Below, in pieces: positions 58,343 to 64,000 of a stretch of 64,000 nt of DNA. Location: assembly GCF_055900595.2 (NCBI RefSeq), contig NZ_CM148325.1, one strand, 5' to 3'. How positions within the stretch are numbered: position 1 is the stretch's first letter; every line of letters starts with the position of its first letter. The translations under genes were made by a program, and so were the position numbers. The notes below the pieces were generated by a model, which made no database searches, had not been told where the DNA came from, and worked only from the letters and a program-made list of their open reading frames with translations.

Positions 58343-59563
58343 ATGACACCAGGCGGACAAGCTCAGATAGGTAATGTTGATCTCGTAAAACAGCTTAACA
58401 GCGCGGCGGTTTATCGCCTGATTGACCAGTACGGGCCAATCTCGCGGATTCAGATTGCCGAGCAAAGCCAGCTTGCCCCCGCCAGCGTAACAAAAATTAC
58501 GCGTCAGCTTATCGAACGCGGGCTGATTAAAGAAGTTGATCAGCAGGCCTCCACCGGGGGCCGCCGCGCTATCTCTATCGTCACCGAAACCCGCAATTTC
58601 CACGCAATCGGCGTACGGCTTGGTCGTCACGACGCCACCATCACCCTGTTTGATCTCAGCAGCAAAGTGCTGGCAGAAGAACATTACCCGCTGCCAGAAC
58701 GTACCCAGCAGACGCTGGAACATGCCCTGCTGAATGCCATTGCTCAGTTTATTGATAGCTACCAGCGCAAACTGCGCGAGCTGATCGCCATTTCCGTGAT
58801 CCTGCCAGGGCTTGTTGACCCGGACAGCGGCAAAATTCATTACATGCCGCATATTCAGGTGGAAAACTGGGGACTGGTAGAAGCACTGGAAGAACGTTTT
58901 AAAGTGACCTGTTTTGTCGGCCACGATATCCGCAGTCTGGCACTGGCAGAGCACTACTTCGGTGCAAGCCAGGATTGCGAAGACTCCATTCTGGTGCGTG
59001 TGCATCGCGGAACCGGGGCAGGGATTATCTCTAACGGGCGCATTTTTATCGGGCGCAACGGCAACGTCGGTGAAATTGGTCATATTCAGGTCGAACCGTT
59101 GGGTGAACGCTGCCACTGCGGCAACTTTGGCTGCCTGGAAACTATCGCCGCCAACGCTGCCATTGAACAACGGGTGTTGAATCTGTTAAAGCAGGGCTAC
59201 CAGAGCCGTGTGCCACTGGACGACTGCACCATCAAAACTATCTGCAAAGCCGCGAATAAAGGCGACGGTCTGGCGTCGGAAGTGATTGAATATGTTGGTC
59301 GTCATCTGGGTAAAACCATCGCCATTGCTATCAACTTATTTAATCCGCAAAAAATTGTTATTGCCGGTGAAATCACCGAAGCCGATAAAGTGCTGCTCCC
59401 TGCTATTGAAAGCTGCATTAATACCCAGGCATTGAAGGCATTTCGCACCAATCTGCCCGTGGTACGTTCTGAGCTGGATCACCGCTCGGCAATCGGCGCT
59501 TTTGCGCTGGTAAAACGCGCCATGCTCAACGGTATTTTGCTCCAGCATTTGCTGGAAAATTAA
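58343..59563 (+). CDS. nagC: ROK-family transcriptional regulator NagC
   Basis: 406 aa, N-terminal HTH and ROK domain with CxCGxxGC zinc motif (CHCGNFGC). Confidence 0.97.
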   Translation: MTPGGQAQIGNVDLVKQLNSAAVYRLIDQYGPISRIQIAEQSQLAPASVTKITRQLIERGLIKEVDQQASTGGRRAISIVTETRNFHAIGVRLGRHDATITLFDLSSKVLAEEHYPLPERTQQTLEHALLNAIAQFIDSYQRKLRELIAISVILPGLVDPDSGKIHYMPHIQVENWGLVEALEERFKVTCFVGHDIRSLALAEHYFGASQDCEDSILVRVHRGTGAGIISNGRIFIGRNGNVGEIGHIQVEPLGERCHCGNFGCLETIAANAAIEQRVLNLLKQGYQSRVPLDDCTIKTICKAANKGDGLASEVIEYVGRHLGKTIAIAINLFNPQKIVIAGEITEADKVLLPAIESCINTQALKAFRTNLPVVRSELDHRSAIGAFALVKRAMLNGILLQHLLEN

Positions 59564-59610
59564 TGTGCTTTTATAGTGGCGCTTATTGTTGTCAATATTC
59601 TGGGTAGTCC

Positions 59611-60363
59611 ATGACCATTAAAAATGTAATTTGCGATATCGACGGCGTGCTAATGCACGATAACGTCGCCGTACCGGGTGCAGCGGAATTTTTGCACGGG
59701 ATTATGGATAAAGGCCTGCCGCTGGTGTTGCTGACCAACTATCCTTCGCAGACCGGGCAAGATCTGGCGAACCGCTTTGCCACTGCGGGTGTCGATGTGC
59801 CGGACAGCGTGTTTTATACCTCCGCGATGGCGACCGCCGATTTCCTGCGTCGCCAGGAAGGCAAGAAAGCGTATGTGGTGGGCGAAGGCGCACTGATTCA
59901 TGAACTGTACAAAGCCGGTTTCACTATTACCGATGTGAACCCTGATTTTGTGATTGTTGGCGAAACGCGTTCCTACAACTGGGACATGATGCATAAAGCA
60001 GCCTATTTCGTCGCTAACGGTGCACGCTTTATCGCCACCAACCCGGACACCCACGGGCGCGGTTTTTATCCGGCCTGTGGCGCGCTATGCGCGGGGATCG
60101 AAAAAATCTCCGGACGTAAACCGTTCTATGTTGGTAAGCCGAGTCCGTGGATCATCCGCGCAGCATTAAACAAAATGCAGGCGCATTCGGAAGAAACGGT
60201 GATTGTCGGCGATAACTTGCGCACCGACATTCTGGCGGGCTTCCAGGCCGGTCTGGAGACGATTCTGGTGCTTTCTGGTGTTTCATCGCTCGACGATATC
60301 GACAGTATGCCGTTCCGCCCAAGCTGGATTTACCCGTCAGTCGCTGAAATCGACGTTATCTGA
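59611..60363 (+). CDS. nagD: HAD-family UMP phosphatase
   Basis: 250 aa with DxDG motif (ICDIDGVL). Confidence 0.96.
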   Translation: MTIKNVICDIDGVLMHDNVAVPGAAEFLHGIMDKGLPLVLLTNYPSQTGQDLANRFATAGVDVPDSVFYTSAMATADFLRRQEGKKAYVVGEGALIHELYKAGFTITDVNPDFVIVGETRSYNWDMMHKAAYFVANGARFIATNPDTHGRGFYPACGALCAGIEKISGRKPFYVGKPSPWIIRAALNKMQAHSEETVIVGDNLRTDILAGFQAGLETILVLSGVSSLDDIDSMPFRPSWIYPSVAEIDVI

Positions 60364-60414
60364 ATACCACCCACGTCTGCGGACGTGGTTGGCTCTGATG
60401 ACAAACGCCAAACT

Positions 60415-60513
60415 GCCTGATGCGCTACGCTTATCAGGCCTACGCAGCTCCTGCAATATATTGAATTTTCATGCTTTTGTAGGCAGGATAAGGCGTTCAC
60501 GCCGCATCCGGCA
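60415..60513. repeat. REP/BIME pair
   Basis: GCCTGATGCGCTACGCTTATCAGGCCTAC and GTAGGCAGGATAAGGCGTTCACGCCGCATCCGGCA. Confidence 0.75.
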
Positions 60514-60759
60514 TGAACAAATCGCACTTTGTCAGCAATTTGGCCCCCGTAAAATATAACCATTTAATAAAACCCGCTAAAAATTATCGATTCATCAATA
60601 AATACATCCTCACACCAGACCTTTTTTCACCAATCGACAATCACCATTACGTTTTTTATTTTCCCCCTGCCAAATCGCTTGCGCATAGTGCTGCTTTGCG
60701 GCATTTTTTTAAACAAGCAAACACAACAAGCAACAAATACCAGGTTAACGGAGAAGGTT

Positions 60760-62424
60760 ATGTGTTCAATTTTTGGCGTATTCGATATCAAAACAGACGC
60801 AGTTGAGCTGCGTAAGAAAGCACTCGAGCTGTCACGCTTGATGCGTCATCGTGGCCCGGACTGGTCCGGTATTTATGCCAGCGATAACGCCATTCTCGCC
60901 CACGAACGTCTGTCCATTGTTGACGTTAACGCGGGGGCGCAACCTCTCTACAACCAACAAAAAACTCATGTGCTGGCAGTAAACGGTGAAATCTACAACC
61001 ACCAGGCATTGCGCGCTGAATATGGCGATCGTTACCAGTTCCAGACCGGGTCTGACTGTGAAGTGATCCTCGCGCTGTATCAGGAAAAAGGGCCGGAATT
61101 TCTCGACGATTTGCAGGGCATGTTCGCTTTTGCCCTGTACGACAGCGAAAAAGATGCGTATCTGATTGGTCGCGACCATCTGGGGATCATCCCGCTATAT
61201 ATGGGCTATGACGAACACGGTCAGCTGTATGTGGCCTCAGAAATGAAAGCTCTCGTGCCAGTATGCCGCACGATTAAAGAGTTCCCGGCGGGGAGCTATT
61301 TATGGAGTCAGGACGGCGAAATCCGTTCTTATTATCACCGCGACTGGTTCGACTACGATGCGGTGAAAGATAACGTGACCGACAAAAACGAGCTGCGTCA
61401 GGCACTGGAAGATTCCGTTAAAAGCCATCTGATGTCTGATGTGCCTTACGGTGTGCTGCTTTCTGGTGGTCTGGATTCCTCAATTATTTCCGCGATCACC
61501 AAGAAATACGCCGCCCGTCGCGTGGAAGATCAGGAACGCTCTGAAGCCTGGTGGCCGCAGCTGCACTCCTTTGCTGTAGGTCTGCCGGGTTCACCGGATC
61601 TGAAGGCAGCCCAGGAAGTGGCAAACCATTTGGGCACTGTGCATCATGAAATTCACTTCACTGTACAGGAAGGTCTGGACGCCATCCGCGACGTGATTTA
61701 CCACATTGAAACCTATGATGTGACGACTATCCGCGCTTCAACACCGATGTATTTAATGTCGCGTAAGATCAAAGCGATGGGCATTAAAATGGTGCTGTCC
61801 GGTGAAGGTTCTGATGAAGTGTTTGGCGGTTATCTCTACTTCCACAAAGCGCCGAACGCTAAAGAACTGCATGAAGAGACGGTGCGCAAACTGCTGGCCC
61901 TGCATATGTATGACTGCGCGCGCGCCAACAAAGCGATGTCCGCCTGGGGCGTGGAAGCGCGCGTTCCGTTCCTCGACAAGAAATTCCTCGACGTGGCAAT
62001 GCGTATTAACCCCCAGGATAAAATGTGCGGTAACGGCAAGATGGAAAAACACATCCTGCGTGAATGTTTTGAGTCGTACCTGCCTGCAAGTGTGGCCTGG
62101 CGGCAGAAAGAGCAGTTTTCCGATGGCGTCGGTTACAGTTGGATAGACACTCTGAAAGAAGTGGCGGCGCAGCAGGTTTCTGATCAACAACTGGAAACTG
62201 CCCGTTTCCGCTTCCCGTACAACACGCCGACCTCAAAAGAAGCGTATCTGTACCGGGAGATCTTTGAAGAACTGTTCCCGCTACCGAGCGCCGCTGAGTG
62301 TGTACCGGGCGGCCCGTCCGTCGCGTGTTCTTCCGCTAAAGCGATTGAATGGGATGAGGCGTTCAAGAAAATGGACGATCCGTCTGGTCGTGCGGTTGGC
62401 GTTCACCAGTCGGCCTATAAGTAA
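60760..62424 (+). CDS. asnB: asparagine synthetase B (glutamine-hydrolysing)
   Basis: 554 aa from MCSIFGVFDI (N-terminal Cys nucleophile) with SGGLDSS PP-loop. Confidence 0.97.
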   Translation: MCSIFGVFDIKTDAVELRKKALELSRLMRHRGPDWSGIYASDNAILAHERLSIVDVNAGAQPLYNQQKTHVLAVNGEIYNHQALRAEYGDRYQFQTGSDCEVILALYQEKGPEFLDDLQGMFAFALYDSEKDAYLIGRDHLGIIPLYMGYDEHGQLYVASEMKALVPVCRTIKEFPAGSYLWSQDGEIRSYYHRDWFDYDAVKDNVTDKNELRQALEDSVKSHLMSDVPYGVLLSGGLDSSIISAITKKYAARRVEDQERSEAWWPQLHSFAVGLPGSPDLKAAQEVANHLGTVHHEIHFTVQEGLDAIRDVIYHIETYDVTTIRASTPMYLMSRKIKAMGIKMVLSGEGSDEVFGGYLYFHKAPNAKELHEETVRKLLALHMYDCARANKAMSAWGVEARVPFLDKKFLDVAMRINPQDKMCGNGKMEKHILRECFESYLPASVAWRQKEQFSDGVGYSWIDTLKEVAAQQVSDQQLETARFRFPYNTPTSKEAYLYREIFEELFPLPSAAECVPGGPSVACSSAKAIEWDEAFKKMDDPSGRAVGVHQSAYK

Positions 62425-62437
62425 GAAAGGCGGTACT

Positions 62438-62462
62438 GCCCCGGAGAAATCCGGGGCTGTTT
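62438..62462 (+). terminator. putative terminator downstream of asnB
   Basis: Hairpin GCCCCGGA-GAAA-TCCGGGGC with a weak T-run. Confidence 0.6.
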
Positions 62463-62465
62463 CAG

Positions 62466-62903
62466 TTATTGAGCTGCTTGTTGATTCTGATATGCAGTAA
62501 GGAAATGTTCCGGGTTTGCCACATCACTGTTTGACAACTCATCACTGTAGGCCACCGACCAGGTCGCCTGCTCATCCGGAATATGCAGGCTGCCATTCCC
62601 CTCTTTCAGGCGTAATAACTCAAAAGATTTGCCCTTAATTACGGCGGTATAGGATTTTTCACCTTCCTGTAATGCTTTCACTTTACAGCGAAAAATCTGG
62701 CCATCGATGTCATTATCAACATGCGATACCTGAATGAGGGCTTCATTAGAGGCTTTCGGCCCTATCCGCATCATCCACACCACAGCGCCTTCCTGCCCAC
62801 GATAGCCAAAAACATATTTACCGATTTCCGGTTTGACCGTATCGGCAAACGCAGATTGCATAAGTAATAACGCACCCATCAGCGCCGTCATAAAACGCAG
62901 CAT
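62466..62903 (-). CDS. hypothetical secreted protein
   Basis: 145 aa; Sec signal peptide MLRFMTALMGALLLMQSAFA cleaved before DTV; SD GAGGG 6 nt upstream of the ATG. Confidence 0.65.
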   Translation of the reverse strand: MLRFMTALMGALLLMQSAFADTVKPEIGKYVFGYRGQEGAVVWMMRIGPKASNEALIQVSHVDNDIDGQIFRCKVKALQEGEKSYTAVIKGKSFELLRLKEGNGSLHIPDEQATWSVAYSDELSNSDVANPEHFLTAYQNQQAAQ

Positions 62904-63166
62904 AGTATTCCCTCAATAAATCGCCTGAAGTGGTAGCAGAGATGCAGGCGTAGCGATCCCTGCCCTGTCCTGTTGCAACGGGTCAGTATTTCATAGATTA
63001 ATTTCCTACCACTATTGTTGAATTCCGAATTTCATCCTGTATGACAAAAGAATGGCTGTAGGGTGGGGAAAAAACACAAAGTAAACAATAATTGACGAAT
63101 ATAGCGCCACGCTGTTCGCAACCTAACCAAACAGTCACTTTCGAGCAATTTTCCTTGAAAAAGAGG

Positions 63167-63195
63167 TTGACGCTGCAAGGCTCTATACGCATAAT
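63167..63195 (+). promoter_or_regulatory. putative sigma70 promoter of the metT tRNA operon with GC-rich discriminator
   Basis: TTGACG, 17 nt spacer, CATAAT, then GCGCCCCGC (stringent-type discriminator), about 40 bp upstream of the first tRNA. Confidence 0.55.
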
Positions 63196-63235
63196 GCGCC
63201 CCGCAACGCCGATAAGGTATCGCGAAAAAAAAGAT

Positions 63236-63312
63236 GGCTACGTAGCTCAGTTGGTTAGAGCACATCACTCATAATGATGGGGTCACAGGTTCGAATCCCG
63301 TCGTAGCCACCA
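63236..63312 (+). tRNA. metT: tRNA-Met (elongator, CAU)
   Basis: 77 nt GGCTACGTAGCTCAG...GTAGCCACCA with anticodon CAT. Confidence 0.95.
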
Positions 63313-63322
63313 TCTTTTTTTT

Positions 63323-63407
63323 GCGGGAGTGGCGAAATTGGTAGACGCACCAGATTTAGGTTCTGGCGCCGCAAGGTGTGCGAGTTCAAGTCTCGCCTCC
63401 CGCACCA
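63323..63407 (+). tRNA. leuW: tRNA-Leu (UAG)
   Basis: 85 nt GCGGGAGTGGCGAAATTGGTAGACGC...CCCGCACCA with long variable arm. Confidence 0.95.
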
Positions 63408-63430
63408 TTCACCAGAAAGCGTTGTACGGA

Positions 63431-63505
63431 TGGGGTATCGCCAAGCGGTAAGGCACCGGTTTTTGATACCGGCATTCCCTGGTTCGAATCCAGGTACCCC
63501 AGCCA
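63431..63505 (+). tRNA. glnU: tRNA-Gln (UUG)
   Basis: 75 nt TGGGGTATCGCCAAGCGGTAAGGCACCGGTTTTTGATACCGG...CCCCAGCCA. Confidence 0.95.
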
Positions 63506-63539
63506 TCTTCTTCGAGTAAGCGGTTCACCGCCCGGTTAT

Positions 63540-63614
63540 TGGGGTATCGCCAAGCGGTAAGGCACCGGTTTTTGATACCGGCATTCCCTGGTTCGAATCC
63601 AGGTACCCCAGCCA
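63540..63614 (+). tRNA. glnW: tRNA-Gln (UUG)
   Basis: Identical copy of the preceding tRNA-Gln (UUG). Confidence 0.95.
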
Positions 63615-63629
63615 TCGAAGAAACAATCT

Positions 63630-63706
63630 GGCTACGTAGCTCAGTTGGTTAGAGCACATCACTCATAATGATGGGGTCACAGGTTCGAATCCCGTCGTAG
63701 CCACCA
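63630..63706 (+). tRNA. metU: tRNA-Met (elongator, CAU)
   Basis: Second copy of the elongator tRNA-Met. Confidence 0.95.
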
Positions 63707-63754
63707 AATTCTGAATGTGTCGAATACGTTCGGCAAATTCACAAACCAATTTGT

Positions 63755-63829
63755 TGGGGTATCGCCAAGCGGTAAGGCACCGGATTCTGATTCCGGCATT
63801 CCGAGGTTCGAATCCTCGTACCCCAGCCA
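63755..63829 (+). tRNA. glnV: tRNA-Gln (CUG)
   Basis: 75 nt with anticodon loop GGATTCTGATTCC. Confidence 0.95.
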
Positions 63830-63866
63830 ATTTATTCAAGACGCTTACCTTGTAAGTGCACCCAGT

Positions 63867-63941
63867 TGGGGTATCGCCAAGCGGTAAGGCACCGGATTCT
63901 GATTCCGGCATTCCGAGGTTCGAATCCTCGTACCCCAGCCA
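63867..63941 (+). tRNA. glnX: tRNA-Gln (CUG)
   Basis: Second copy of tRNA-Gln (CUG). Confidence 0.95.
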
Positions 63942-63950
63942 CATTAAAAA

Positions 63951-63973
63951 AGCTCGCTTCGGCGAGCTTTTTG
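63951..63973 (+). terminator. intrinsic terminator of the tRNA operon
   Basis: Hairpin AGCTCGC-TTCG-GCGAGCT followed by TTTTT. Confidence 0.9.
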
Positions 63974-64000
63974 CTTTTCTGCGTATATTCAATGTCGAAT

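Noticed and set aside
63167-63975. tRNA operon as the attachment site of a genomic island
   Set aside because: No integrase, no direct repeat of a tRNA 3' end, and no phage or ICE genes nearby; only the single secreted-protein ORF upstream, reported separately.
63255-63992. Three minus-strand ORFs of 68-109 aa
   Set aside because: They overlap the tRNA genes on the opposite strand and their repeated peptide segments mirror the duplicated tRNA-Gln and tRNA-Met sequences; artefacts.

Overview
The window is an Escherichia coli-type chromosomal segment, almost entirely core genome, in reverse orientation relative to the usual K-12 map. In order it carries a 5'-truncated RtcB-family gene, the TCA cluster sucDCBA / sdhBADC with divergent gltA, the cryptic ybgDQPO chaperone-usher fimbrial operon, abrB, nei, pxpACB-ybgI, dtpD, phr-ybgA, ybfA, kdpFABCDE, speFL-speF-potE, an IS200-like element, ybfP, pgm, seqA, ybfF, ybfE, fldA-uof-fur, chiPQ, glnS, nagE, nagBACD, asnB and the metT-leuW-glnUW-metU-glnVX tRNA operon. 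Several intergenic regions hold REP/BIME repeat clusters. I found no CRISPR array, no prophage, no integrase and no complete, recognisable defence or secretion system. The parts that look accessory or strain-variable are: (1) the RtcB paralog convergent with sucD; (2) a 2.3 kb AT-rich cassette of small co-oriented ORFs between ybfA and ybgA, where K-12 (from memory) carries the RhsC element, including a SUKH-like immunity-type protein and a broken ORF ending in a glycine-zipper peptide; (3) the IS200-like insertion after potE beside a degenerate duplicate of the kdpE 3' end; (4) an extra secreted-protein ORF between asnB and the tRNA operon. The ybfA-ybgA cassette is the best candidate for something undescribed, but it looks like polymorphic-toxin/immunity remnants rather than a complete new system. 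All calls rest on reading the sequence and the supplied ORF track; no database search was run, and comparisons to K-12 are from memory.
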